A stretch of DNA of 64,000 nucleotides, taken from contig CAYZOT010000001.1 in NCBI GenBank assembly GCA_964480515.1, positions 215,288 to 279,287 of the forward strand. The letters run 5' to 3'. Below the pieces are notes generated by a model that worked only from the letters and a program-made list of their open reading frames with translations, did no database searches and had not been told where the DNA came from. Source of the DNA: an uncultured Gemmatimonadota bacterium. Lineage in GTDB: Bacteria > Gemmatimonadota > Gemmatimonadetes > Palauibacterales > Palauibacteraceae. The translations under genes were made by a program, and so were the position numbers. Below are positions 33,101 through 42,472 of this stretch, one piece after another (position 1 is the stretch's first letter; every line of letters starts with the position of its first letter).

Positions 33101-33322
33101 GCGCTCAGCTTGACGTCCCAGGAGCCGCGCGGCTTCAGCCTCTACCTCGTAGTAGTAGACATCAAAATGCTCGGTCTTCAACACCTCCCAATCGAAGGAT
33201 TGATAGACCACTTTATTACGCCCAAAATATTGGCCTGCTTGTGCGTCAAGCGACTCGACCACCGGCCCTGTCGAGGTACCCAAAATGCCAAGAAAACCAG
33301 CTATAAGACTTCTCCGAACCAT
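30158..33322 (-). CDS. Omp85/BamA-family outer membrane protein with N-terminal zincin domain and PD40/TolB propeller
   Basis: Signal peptide MVRRSL; QYFGRNKV.Y; HELVH + P.WF.EG.AEY; WSPDG repeats; VRGY barrel motif; C-terminal Phe. Confidence 0.85.
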   Translation of the reverse strand: MVRRSLIAGFLGILGTSTGPVVESLDAQAGQYFGRNKVVYQSFDWEVLKTEHFDVYYYEVEAEAARLLGRQAERWYARLSRVFDHEFRQRQPIVLYADHSDFEQTNTSGQFIDEGTQGFTEILKRRLVMPMMVSLSETDHLLGHELVHAFQFDITGQGTGGPSLDIPGAMRLPLWFIEGMAEYLSIGPIDPFTTMWMRDALDLEDGFPNIPDLNDPQYFPYRYGHAVWSYLGGTFGDEKIGQILNLAGRTGDPFGSIEMVLEVPINDLSNRWRNETESYFAEARNETQSPDAYGRRVVYEPEGEDGILNLGPAISPDGDEIIYMSERDLFSIEMFLADAHTGEVKRRLTKNMVDPHFESLQFVSSAGEWNQDGRHFVVAGVSGGDAVISVLDVLEGGKIAREVRLNPVGEAYTPTWSPDGTRVAFTGHQNGYTDLYIVDLETEDISRLTTDKYADLQPSWSPDGRYLAFTTDRFTTDLELLVAGPYQIALYDLETGDIQALPGFDDQFRNFNPQWSPEGQNLYFVSDHDGISNLYRLDMATRELHLITDLWTGVSGLSSISPAISVAKQTGEVAFSVNKGGPFSYEIYVIDDPQVLVGEPAPEMLVQVDASVIPPVERISLDHPQILQNARLGLVDPITFEDADYQSSLGLDFVSNPTLAFGASDFGTFFAAGASVYWSDLMGNKTLQTLLNINTSFGNILQGTAALVGYENLSSRWNWAVIGGQVPMVLRQFGYQAGTYEGRQAIEITELRFFEINRQITGIVAYPFNRNSRVEFSGSARQLDFAANIERYGTDRFTGELLFQEQTDLPRCESTEIFYQSCAPQSLLFGTASAALVYDSSIYGGTSPMMGQRFRLEVEPAMGSLNFVTMQADLRRYFRIKPFTLAGRALHVGRWGVDGSDGRLGRMYLGMPQLVRGYQNTSFDARIECQSPAAQTGFFNCPVIEQLIGSRIAVGNIELRLPLIGGIGVISAPGAPPVEIGAFYDVGKAWSTTGDPNCQGQPCSFGDRDWVASAGLLVRANLFGFAIGEIDFVRPFGRPDKNWMWQFSLSGAGF

Positions 33323-33506
33323 CCAAACCTCCAAATAGTGCAATGCGTTGACACAATCTCTTCTGTAAGAGGACTTGGGCGCCAGATGGCTTCTGACCCA
33401 AATCCGCCCAGTCAACGCCTCAGATCTGTACTTTGCAACGTAAGCTGTCTTTCATTTCCAGTTCACTTCATGACTATATGATAATGACGACCCCATGGCG
33501 CTTACG

Positions 33507-34265
33507 TCACTCGGAGCATCGACGCACGAAACCGTCTAGAGTGTCAGCTGCACGACGGGCCTCTTCGGCCTCACGGTAGGGGCCCGCAACCACACGGTAC
33601 CACCCATCATTGTGTTCTACACGCGAGGTAAACCCTGCTCGCTCAGTTTCAACCCTCCTCGATTCTGCGGCATCGGGGTCGCGAAGTGAGGCTACCTGCA
33701 CAATCACACACCCACCACGAACTGATACTAGATCACCTCCCGGCTTCAGAATTGTAATTAACACCTGTGCAGTTCCGGGTCCAATCATGCCCAGTGCCCT
33801 CGCGCCGGCTCGTGAGACATCGAGAATTCGGTTCTTAACAAATGGACCACGATCATTTACCACAAGTTCAATGGATCGATTGTTATCGCGATTATCGACA
33901 CGGATACGGGTGCCAAACGGCAGGGCTTGGTGGGCAGCCGTCATCAAATCCATATCATAAACTTCACCCGATGCGGTTAGTCGGCCGTGGAAAGGATCAC
34001 CGTACCAAGAGGCCACTCCTGTCTGGGTCCAACCAATTGCGTAAGAGTCTGTGCTGGGGGAACCGGCCGGCACTACGGAAGCCGTACGAGCCGAACAACC
34101 AGCGAGTGTGAGACAGAGGAGAATGATGAGAGTGCGGTCGAGAACAAAGAAAAGGTTCCTATTGCAACCCCAGGATTTCGAAGAAAAATGGCAGTTCGCT
34201 CCCTGAAAAACGTTGCTAGACTCATGACACAGTTTAGACAGAAAAATGGTCACACGTCCAACCAC
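33507..34265 (-). CDS. rlpA: Septal ring lytic transglycosylase RlpA with SPOR domain
   Basis: G.ASWYG..FHGR.TASGE, TAAH..LPFGT, NDRGPF, DVSR; C-terminal SPOR; lipobox LAGC. Start uncertain. Confidence 0.9.
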   Translation of the reverse strand: MVGRVTIFLSKLCHESSNVFQGANCHFSSKSWGCNRNLFFVLDRTLIILLCLTLAGCSARTASVVPAGSPSTDSYAIGWTQTGVASWYGDPFHGRLTASGEVYDMDLMTAAHQALPFGTRIRVDNRDNNRSIELVVNDRGPFVKNRILDVSRAGARALGMIGPGTAQVLITILKPGGDLVSVRGGCVIVQVASLRDPDAAESRRVETERAGFTSRVEHNDGWYRVVAGPYREAEEARRAADTLDGFVRRCSE

Positions 34266-34269
34266 TCAC

Positions 34270-35712
34270 TCATAAGACACCTCCTTCCCAAGGGCCCCAT
34301 ATACCCAATGTGTAACTGAGATTTCCGGGGCCATCCACAGTCAGATCCCCCTGAATGTTCACAAACAATGTCTGACCATTAGGGCTGAAACATGCACCGG
34401 CGAATTCCCTGTTATTGAGCATATTCTGAGCGAACGGGAAGATCTCTCCATCCGGAGTTAGGCCGCGCAGGTGTGTCACGCCTGAGTTGTCTTCACAGAT
34501 CAATATTCCACCACGCGGACTTACGGTGATATTGTCTGGCCGGTTGAGCACATCGATAGAAGGAGATTCGAACACAAGCACGAGCGCTTCCGACTCAGGC
34601 ACGTAACGCCATACTTGACCCAACTCGGCATCGCCTCCGGTCGAATCATGGAAGTAGACGCTGTCGTCATCAAACCAGCATCCTTCGAGCCGAGAGAATC
34701 GCGCGGCGCCGTTAGTATACCCTTGAAAAAATACGGCAGCAGGTTCGCGACCGGCATCGACTGGGTCGGGATCGCGTATAGGAAGCCACTCGACATCGAG
34801 CCACTCACCCACTCGCTGATTTACCCGCATATCGACCTGTGGGCGTCCCCTTACAGCCAACATCTCTAAAACCCCTCCATCTGAAAGAATGCCAGGGGTT
34901 TTAGGTCGAAAACGGTAAAAACCAGAGCGGCGCTGACCATCTCCTAGAGACTGGGGGCCATCTTCCGTTTCGTAGACAAATCCGGTGCGCGGATCTACCG
35001 CTATGGCCTCGTGCGTGAAGCGGCCCATGGCTCGAAGGGGAACAGCCTTTTCTGGAGCGCCCGCATCGACACGAACTTCGAAGATGTATCCGTGCGGAAC
35101 GGTCCAACCTCGGGGTATTCCCTGCGTAGACTCCTCACAACTGAGCCAGCTGCCCCAGGGAGTAGGGCCACCTGCGCAATTGATAAACGTACCACCGAGG
35201 CTGACAAAATCTCGTTCGAGCGTCGGGCGGCCATCAGAGCCAATTCTCACGTCGAGGGTAGTCGTGCCCCCACCTGCGAGAGGGTCGTACGCCAAATCAG
35301 GGCTCACTAGGGGTGCAGTTCGACCTGGCAAGGTAGAATCCTCGTGATTTCTCACCAATCGAATCACGCGATCTGTTCGCGGAAAGACCGCCATACCATC
35401 ATGTGCACGAGGTGTCAGGGCCCCGTCTGACATCAATTGCCCTTCTACACTCAAAACCGTGTAGTGAAACCCCGCAGGCAGGGCAATCTCGGGACCGACC
35501 TCGACGAGCGGTCCATACCCGGCGACACTCCTGCTCTGTCTATTCCTCCAAGAAGGCTGCCCACACGCCAGAAGTCCCGAAAGGGATGGGGCCAAAACTG
35601 TTGCCCCGGCATAAAACCCCGCCTTACGAACGAACCCACGCCTTCCCACACTAACAGACGCGTTGTCGACCTGCGCAGGAGTGGTGCTGGGCGGTCTAGG
35701 ATCAATCTTCAT
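34270..35712 (-). CDS. PhoX-type (DUF839) alkaline phosphatase, Tat lipoprotein
   Basis: GRRGF twin-arginine signal with LLAC; NCAGG.TPWG.WLSCEE, GRF.HEA, PDN, CED, E.AG..FSP.G..LF.N.Q. Confidence 0.9.
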   Translation of the reverse strand: MKIDPRPPSTTPAQVDNASVSVGRRGFVRKAGFYAGATVLAPSLSGLLACGQPSWRNRQSRSVAGYGPLVEVGPEIALPAGFHYTVLSVEGQLMSDGALTPRAHDGMAVFPRTDRVIRLVRNHEDSTLPGRTAPLVSPDLAYDPLAGGGTTTLDVRIGSDGRPTLERDFVSLGGTFINCAGGPTPWGSWLSCEESTQGIPRGWTVPHGYIFEVRVDAGAPEKAVPLRAMGRFTHEAIAVDPRTGFVYETEDGPQSLGDGQRRSGFYRFRPKTPGILSDGGVLEMLAVRGRPQVDMRVNQRVGEWLDVEWLPIRDPDPVDAGREPAAVFFQGYTNGAARFSRLEGCWFDDDSVYFHDSTGGDAELGQVWRYVPESEALVLVFESPSIDVLNRPDNITVSPRGGILICEDNSGVTHLRGLTPDGEIFPFAQNMLNNREFAGACFSPNGQTLFVNIQGDLTVDGPGNLSYTLGIWGPWEGGVL

Positions 35713-35873
35713 GAGGAGTCATTGATAATGCCTTGAAATCGATGGTTAAACCCAGCCCCGTTAGAGTGCAGCCGCGTCAGCGACTTTTCCATATATTGTA
35801 TAATAGTTCGGAAGTGGCACAGGCAAAAAAGGCGCGCCTGCCCGCGTCTGCGATTCCAATCTGAGAGGTACGC

Positions 35874-36659
35874 ATGCTGTACTCAAATGTGCGATTCATT
35901 TTAACAGCGGTCTTTTTGGGAACTCCATCCTTGGCTGTAGCTCAAGAGTTTACGGACTTCTGTCCTGACGGCAACGAGGAGACTGACGCCGCTGTGGTTG
36001 GCTATGTTACCGACCCAGATCTTAACACAGTGGTGCCAGGTGTTTCTGTTTCAGCAAGTTGGGTTCAAGACGGAGCACGGCGCCGTATCGTAGCAGATGC
36101 CAGCCTAGAAGGACTCTTCGCTCTCTGCGGGCTTCCACAAGAGAGTGAGGTTTCACTGCGCGCCTCTTTCGGTGACCGACGAGGGTCAGCTGTGCCATAC
36201 ACGACTTCCGCAATCCTAGCTCAGCAAGACCTCTACCTATCTCTCACCGCGGACAACGAAGAAGAAGTTAATGACGAAGTCGGATCGCTCGCGGGAGGTG
36301 GGTCGGGACGTGCGTATAGCGCTGATGTTATTCGGGCAGAGGATCTCCTCTACCTTCCTGAAATGAGCGTATACCAGCTCTTGCGGCAGCATCAACGAAT
36401 TCGCTTCGACCGGTTCACCGGGATGGGTGAAGTCATTTTGTTCGATCACGTGGTCTCCACGAGCCTTAATAACGGTCGCTTCACCGCGGTTCAGGTCCTA
36501 GTCAATGAACGGCCGCAGGGTGATGGCGTCTCGGTTGTTCGAGGGATGTCGATCGACGAGGTCCAAAGAATTGACATCTTATCTCGCTCCGAGGCGAGCG
36601 CTCGGTATGGGGGTGATGGCTGGATTGGTGCAATCGTGATTACTACAAAAGACCGCTAA
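35874..36659 (+). CDS. Secreted protein, carboxypeptidase regulatory-like + TonB-plug-like domains
   Basis: Signal peptide; VVG.V.D...G.F.LCGLP; C-terminal I.RIDIL...EA..RYG.....GAIVITTK. Confidence 0.65.
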   Translation: MLYSNVRFILTAVFLGTPSLAVAQEFTDFCPDGNEETDAAVVGYVTDPDLNTVVPGVSVSASWVQDGARRRIVADASLEGLFALCGLPQESEVSLRASFGDRRGSAVPYTTSAILAQQDLYLSLTADNEEEVNDEVGSLAGGGSGRAYSADVIRAEDLLYLPEMSVYQLLRQHQRIRFDRFTGMGEVILFDHVVSTSLNNGRFTAVQVLVNERPQGDGVSVVRGMSIDEVQRIDILSRSEASARYGGDGWIGAIVITTKDR

Positions 36660-36702
36660 ACCACAGTCACCACGGCGACTCCGGACCGAGATCTAACGCT
36701 TC

Positions 36703-37635
36703 TTATTCCCCCGGCATCGGGGTCGCCACCAGGACCGCCGTTACAAAAAGAATTGCCAACCCTCCAACCAGTTCGATAGCCACGGTCAAAGGCAGTCGAC
36801 CTGATCCATGCGATGCTTGCACACGGCCCTGTGCTCGCTTCCAATTAAACGCACCGAAACCGAGCACAATAAGTAACACCGCTAATTTTAGACTCAAGCG
36901 CTGACCGTAAGGTGAAGTCCACATCGACGATATTTGATCCACATGGACCCATGAGGCGAGAAGTCCCGTGATGCCAATAGCGGCGGCAGAAGCCAAAGCC
37001 AGTGGCGAGAAAGACGCGATCCACCCGATGAGATCAGCTTTCGGAACGTAGTCGCCGCGCCCTTTGGCAACCACAACTGTGCCCGTTATTACGAACAGCG
37101 TTCCAAGCCACACGCCAGCAGCCATCACATGTACAAAATCTCCAATCACGAGAGCAACCGTCCAGCGCTCTGACCCATAAGCGTGGCCGGAAAAAGCAGG
37201 AGTGAGCGCGAGCACAAACACGGCCAGTCCTGCTAGAATCCAGAGTGCGGATGATAAGTTTTTGCTACGGTTTCCTGCCGCAATGAAGGCGAATAAGGCG
37301 ACGATGCCGAAAACAGCTTGCCAGGCCCATGCTTGTCCCCACGTGGTGCTCCCTACCAACAACGAAAGCTCACTTGTCAATGACGCGTAGGGATCGCGAA
37401 ACACCGCGAACTGGGCCGCGAGTCGTCCCAATGATCCTATAAGTAACAGGCAGATCGCAAAGACTCCAAAGTAGGCGGAACCTGCCACGACATCGTAGGA
37501 ATCCAGATCATCGGGCGACCGGGTACTCAGCGGGTGTTTTGGAAGGATAAGGCCACGAAATACAAGTGATCCGACAGCAGTCAGGATACCGGCAAAAAGC
37601 AGCCATCTCGAGAGGATACCAAGCACATACCACAT
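36703..37635 (-). CDS. copD: CopD family copper transport protein
   Basis: GHA, D..HV.AAG.WLG, FS..A, YG..L..K; downstream of copC. Confidence 0.88.
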   Translation of the reverse strand: MWYVLGILSRWLLFAGILTAVGSLVFRGLILPKHPLSTRSPDDLDSYDVVAGSAYFGVFAICLLLIGSLGRLAAQFAVFRDPYASLTSELSLLVGSTTWGQAWAWQAVFGIVALFAFIAAGNRSKNLSSALWILAGLAVFVLALTPAFSGHAYGSERWTVALVIGDFVHVMAAGVWLGTLFVITGTVVVAKGRGDYVPKADLIGWIASFSPLALASAAAIGITGLLASWVHVDQISSMWTSPYGQRLSLKLAVLLIVLGFGAFNWKRAQGRVQASHGSGRLPLTVAIELVGGLAILFVTAVLVATPMPGE

Positions 37636-37678
37636 GGCGACAGTCCTCAGCTACAGGAGAGAGACAACCGCGTTAAGC

Positions 37679-38083
37679 TCATCTTTCAGTTCGCAATTCG
37701 AACTGAAAGTCGCCGCGTACGACGTGACCGTCCCGGGCCATAGCCCGCCATAAAACCTCATAGGTTCCGTACTCAAGACGCATCGGAATTGAGGCGACAA
37801 CGATCTTGTCGTCTTCTGCCGTGGCTATTGTCTTCCCGATATCGAGCGGGTCGGCGTCCACCGGGCGAAGACGGAGGGACGTCCCAGTCATCTGCGGGGC
37901 TTGAGTAAATCGAAGTCGAACCTCTTCGGGCGACTCCGCCAGTTCCTCATCTGCTTTCGGCCATGATTCGGCCAAGGCAAGATGTGGTGCGTTCGCCGTC
38001 GCACGACTTGGAGCCAGGATCCCGAAGGGTAGCGATACTCCCAACAAAACAATGAGTCCCGTGAGAACAGGTTTTAATGACAT
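37679..38083 (-). CDS. copC: CopC periplasmic copper-binding protein
   Basis: Signal peptide, HL.L.ES.P, W.....DGH...G...F. Start at MSLKP (alternative 38125). Confidence 0.88.
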   Translation of the reverse strand: MSLKPVLTGLIVLLGVSLPFGILAPSRATANAPHLALAESWPKADEELAESPEEVRLRFTQAPQMTGTSLRLRPVDADPLDIGKTIATAEDDKIVVASIPMRLEYGTYEVLWRAMARDGHVVRGDFQFELRTER

Positions 38084-38221
38084 AACTTTGCCAGTTTCAA
38101 TTTTCGGCTGCTCATGACCGTTCAAACTCCGGCTCTAATCTGGCCAACTGCACGCGGGCAAGTGACCTCAAGCTGTGGAGGAGACACTGGCCTCAACAAC
38201 ACACTTCGGAACGGTCGGCAG

Positions 38222-41200
38222 TCATGGCACCAGTCGAACCAGTTCCGCGTATGTGGTGTTTGCTATCTCATCCAAAGCTGCGGCCCGCTCCTCGATGCCA
38301 AGGATAAGTCGGTCGAGTAACTGTTGTTGCCCCTCGGTTGGCGGTGCATCTGCCATCGAAGCGAATGACATGAGCCGAGCTAGTTTGCTATCGATGGCAG
38401 TCGGCTGGGCGATCAAATCCTGGCCGGCCCGTGCTCGGTACTGCACCAAACGTTCCTCGACTCTATATAGATCGGTGTTAAGCTTAGTGAGTGACTCTTG
38501 CAGTTCCTCGCCACCCCCACCCCGTTCAACCGCGCGCTCGGCTTCGGACCGCATGCGACGAATCTGACCTACAAGATCCATAGTCTCAGTAAGACGATTC
38601 CGCACGGCGACAAGAAAATCAAACTGCTCTCGCAGTTGCTCATCAGTATATTTGACGCGCGGATCCCGTACTACAGTGAACGGCTGGGACCATGTGCGTC
38701 CATCCACTGTGAGTTCGATTGTGTAACTTCCCGGCGGAACGCGAGGACCATCCGATCGCCCCTGGAACACTGCGTTTTCAAGTACCCTAGCCGGCGCTAC
38801 ACGGAGATCCCAAACGAAGGTGTTCGCACCCAGTTGGATCGATGGGCGATCTTGTGCTCCAACACCTCCGAGGACTCCACTACTTGGACCCATCCACGGG
38901 CATCCCCCACTTGGAGTTGGTTCTTCAGAAGCACTGCTGAACTCCCGAATGATACGACCCGCTTCAAGGATTCTAAGTGTCAAATCCCCTTGGGGTTTGT
39001 GTGCCAAATAATACGGTATCACAACTCCGTCAGGCGGATTGGCGCCCGCCGGATCTCCTGCCCCAGGGCGACCCATGGCAGAGAACAATGCGGCCGGTGA
39101 TGCCCCCGGGTTGAACCGTGTCGTCGATCGAGGGTTGAAAAGATGGTGGGCTGTGATCTCAACAGACGATAATTGTTGAAGAAGCGCGGCATTATCGAGT
39201 ATCCAAAAAGATCTGCCATGTGTAGCCGCTATCAAGTCTCCATGACTCACGACTAGGTCGTGGATCGGGACAACGGGCAGATTTAGGGCGAGTGATTGCC
39301 AACTGTCACCGTCATCAAACGATACGTATACACTGCGCTCGGTCCCCGCGTAGAGAAGCCCCGCCCTGTCTGGATCCTCTCGAATTACGCGGGTGAAATC
39401 GTCCGTCGGAATCCCATTTGTGATCTTCGTCCACGTACGACCAAAGTCCTTTGTCCGGTATAAGTACGGTCGGTGGTCGGAAAGTTTATATCGGGTTGCA
39501 GCCACATAGGCAGTCCCAGGATCGTGCTGCGATGCTTCAATAATCGATATCATCGCGAACTCAGGGAGGTCCGGTATTGTTACGTTTTCCCAACTGCGCC
39601 CAGCATCCGTTGATACGTGGATGTATCCATCATCGGAGCCCGCCCAAAGGAGACCAGAGCTAATGGGGGATTCTGCAAAGGCAAAGATGGTGGCATACCA
39701 CTCTGGGCCGTATGCCTCACGCGTGATAGGTCCCCAATAGACACCTGTGTTCTCTTCTCCATATTCCGGGGTCGATTCAAGGGTCGATGGGTCCGCACGT
39801 GTTAGATCAGGGCTGATCACCTGCCAACTCTGCCCTTCGTCCTGCGATCGATGGACAAATTGCGATGTAACGTAGAGGGCGTCCGGATCGTGTGGCGACG
39901 TCATCACCGGGTATGTCCACCAGAATCGGTAGTTGATGTCTGCAGACCCCCACCCGTAGTGCGTCTCCGGATTGGGGGAAATATCGCGCACTTGCTTGCT
40001 ACGATGGTCGTAGCGGTAGACCCAATGGTGGTCGCCGGCGTATACGATGTTCGGGTCCTCAGTATTAATCGCGATGTACCCGTCTTCACCACCTCCTACC
40101 GTATACCAGTCCTCGATCGATATCCGACCAAGATCTGATCGGCTAGGCACCGAGATCGTCGTATTGTCCTGTTGTGATGCATACAGGCGATAGGGTTCCT
40201 GGTTATCGGTGGTAACGTGATACATTTGAGCTGTCGATTGGTTAAGTAGAGACGACCAAGAGAGTCCTCCGTCGAAGCTTACACTTGCCCCACCATCACT
40301 ACCGTTGATCATACGCATGGGGTCTTCAGGATCAATCCACAGATCGTGGTGGTCCGGGTGCGGCGTGAAAACCTGTGAGAACGTCTCTCCACCATCGGTT
40401 GACTTCCACAGAAAGACATTGAGAACAAAAACGGTATTCTCATCGCTAGGGTCGGCCACGATATGGTGGTAGTACCAAGGTCGCTGAAGAAGGTTTGCGT
40501 CGTCATTCACACGCACCCACGTGTCGCCACCATCATCCGATCGGAATATTCCCTTTTCGCCGAGAGTCGCATCGACGATCGCCCATACCCGGTTCGACTG
40601 AACGGGGGAAACTGTAACGCCGATGCGTCCTTTGAGTCCTGCCGGCATACCGGGATTGTTTGTGAGTTCGGTCCAGGTGTCACCCCCATCGATACTTTTA
40701 AATAGGCTCGTACCGGGTCCAGCACTCCGAAATCCCCAAGGAAAGCGACGCAACTCCAACATAGAAGCATAGATTATGTCAGGATTCTTAGGGTCAAGAA
40801 CAAGATCGATCGCACCTGTATTCTCATCTCGATACAAAACCTTATCCCATGTAGCACCACCGTCACGGGTTCGGTAAACGCCGCGAGCTTCACTGGGACC
40901 CCACGCATCGCCTAGCGCAGCAACCCATGCTATGTCGGGATCAAGTGGGTGCACTCTTATCCGTCCAATTTGTCTCGTAGCCTCAAGCCCCAGGTGTCGC
41001 CACGTCACACCACCATCATCCGTGCGGTATACCCCGTCACCGTGCGATGCATTACCACGGATGCACGCTTCTCCCATACCTACGTAAACGACATCCGGCC
41101 GCGAACGAGCGACCTCAACGGCCCCCACTGAACCAGTTCGAAAGAACCCATCTGATACGTTATTCCAGTTGGCGCCCGCATCTTCTGTCTTCCAAACACC

Positions 41201-41428
41201 CCCACCAGCACTGCCCTGATAGAACACAAGTTTGTCAACAGAGTGACCCGCGACCCCGAGAACTCGCCCACCACGTGTAGGGCCAACCGATCGCCACGTC
41301 AGGTGGCTGAGGAGGTGTTCGTCGACACCCTGGGCCTCAATATCTGCCAATGGAAAAGCCATGATCAGGAGTGTAAGCGCGATCACAAACGAGCAGTCGG
41401 TACGTTGAATCATCAGCCCATGGTCCAT
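38222..41428 (-). CDS. Secreted BNR/VPS10 (sortilin-like) repeat protein, glycosyl-hydrolase-like
   Basis: WRSVGP.RGGR; repeated S.DGG.TW Asp-boxes; ATHGRS.WILD; C-terminal coiled region. Confidence 0.85.
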   Translation of the reverse strand: MDHGLMIQRTDCSFVIALTLLIMAFPLADIEAQGVDEHLLSHLTWRSVGPTRGGRVLGVAGHSVDKLVFYQGSAGGGVWKTEDAGANWNNVSDGFFRTGSVGAVEVARSRPDVVYVGMGEACIRGNASHGDGVYRTDDGGVTWRHLGLEATRQIGRIRVHPLDPDIAWVAALGDAWGPSEARGVYRTRDGGATWDKVLYRDENTGAIDLVLDPKNPDIIYASMLELRRFPWGFRSAGPGTSLFKSIDGGDTWTELTNNPGMPAGLKGRIGVTVSPVQSNRVWAIVDATLGEKGIFRSDDGGDTWVRVNDDANLLQRPWYYHHIVADPSDENTVFVLNVFLWKSTDGGETFSQVFTPHPDHHDLWIDPEDPMRMINGSDGGASVSFDGGLSWSSLLNQSTAQMYHVTTDNQEPYRLYASQQDNTTISVPSRSDLGRISIEDWYTVGGGEDGYIAINTEDPNIVYAGDHHWVYRYDHRSKQVRDISPNPETHYGWGSADINYRFWWTYPVMTSPHDPDALYVTSQFVHRSQDEGQSWQVISPDLTRADPSTLESTPEYGEENTGVYWGPITREAYGPEWYATIFAFAESPISSGLLWAGSDDGYIHVSTDAGRSWENVTIPDLPEFAMISIIEASQHDPGTAYVAATRYKLSDHRPYLYRTKDFGRTWTKITNGIPTDDFTRVIREDPDRAGLLYAGTERSVYVSFDDGDSWQSLALNLPVVPIHDLVVSHGDLIAATHGRSFWILDNAALLQQLSSVEITAHHLFNPRSTTRFNPGASPAALFSAMGRPGAGDPAGANPPDGVVIPYYLAHKPQGDLTLRILEAGRIIREFSSASEEPTPSGGCPWMGPSSGVLGGVGAQDRPSIQLGANTFVWDLRVAPARVLENAVFQGRSDGPRVPPGSYTIELTVDGRTWSQPFTVVRDPRVKYTDEQLREQFDFLVAVRNRLTETMDLVGQIRRMRSEAERAVERGGGGEELQESLTKLNTDLYRVEERLVQYRARAGQDLIAQPTAIDSKLARLMSFASMADAPPTEGQQQLLDRLILGIEERAAALDEIANTTYAELVRLVP

Positions 41429-41673
41429 TTGTAGAGGTCTTAACTATGTGCGGGAGTTAACCTTCGGGCCGAATTTTGTCCCAAGATTACGTCTCCCAAA
41501 AACAATCCTTCTGCTAAATGTGTCGGTGCATGCCACCGGGGAAAAGTGGGTATCCAGAGTGTGACGGTTTGTAGGTTTGTATCGTCTATGTAGTTAGGAC
41601 ATACACTTTTCTGAATCTGAGAAGAGAATTTGGGTCCCGGGTCACAGACCTCTTTTGGTTAAGGTGAATACCA

Positions 41674-42369
41674 TTGATTGATGATTTAGAAGGCGCTTCG
41701 CGAATCCGGCACCTACAGAAGTTAGACTCAGGGGCGACACGGACGCGATTTACAATCTGCCTCGCAATTTCGTCACTTCTTCACGCCGGAATCCTTGCAT
41801 GGGGCCGAGTCGGCATTTTAGAGCCGCCACCTGCAGAAACAATCGCTATGCAATCAATTCCTGTCGCAGACAAAGAAAGCTCGGCCAAACGGTTGATTCA
41901 GGTTATTCAAATTCAACCACCGACATTGGTTCGTTCGAGCGGATCAGAAGGTGGGCGGGTGGCAGACACTAATAGAGAAGTGAGACCCACCGTACCGCCG
42001 CTCGCTTCGGCACCTGCCCTACCCACGATCGGGCTAGAATTGGCCTTTCTAGAAGAAGCTCCCCTAGCTTTACCCGGTTTCACCCTTGTCAACCACGATG
42101 AAAAACGACCGAACCGTGGAATCATCCTTCGAACAGGTAGCACCGCGGGATCAACTACGAGTTTCGCTGGGCAAGGAAACACGGGGCGATTTGGAACTGG
42201 ACGGGGCGGAAGGGGAGGATCCTCCATCGGCCGAGGTCGAGGTGGCGACTGCATATCAATCGGACTGATAAACCCAGCAGGCCGGATATCCGGCCTACGG
42301 GGACGAGGAGCCTCTTTCCCGACAGGCCGCATTGGGAGCTTCGGCGGAAACCGTGGATTTCGGCCTTAG
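41674..42369 (+). CDS. Hypothetical membrane-anchored protein (TonB-like anchor, Gly/Arg-rich tail)
   Basis: TM helix with S-x3-H (SSLLHA), Pro-rich linker, GRGG-rich C-terminus. Confidence 0.45.
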   Translation: MIDDLEGASRIRHLQKLDSGATRTRFTICLAISSLLHAGILAWGRVGILEPPPAETIAMQSIPVADKESSAKRLIQVIQIQPPTLVRSSGSEGGRVADTNREVRPTVPPLASAPALPTIGLELAFLEEAPLALPGFTLVNHDEKRPNRGIILRTGSTAGSTTSFAGQGNTGRFGTGRGGRGGSSIGRGRGGDCISIGLINPAGRISGLRGRGASFPTGRIGSFGGNRGFRP

Positions 42370-42472
42370 CTCACTCCCAAAACATTTGACTAGATGAGCC
42401 GGCGTCAGACCTCATCCCAATTAATCCGTACCGGGCCCTTCGCCCACAAAAAATTCTGTCTTGTCAGAGTGG

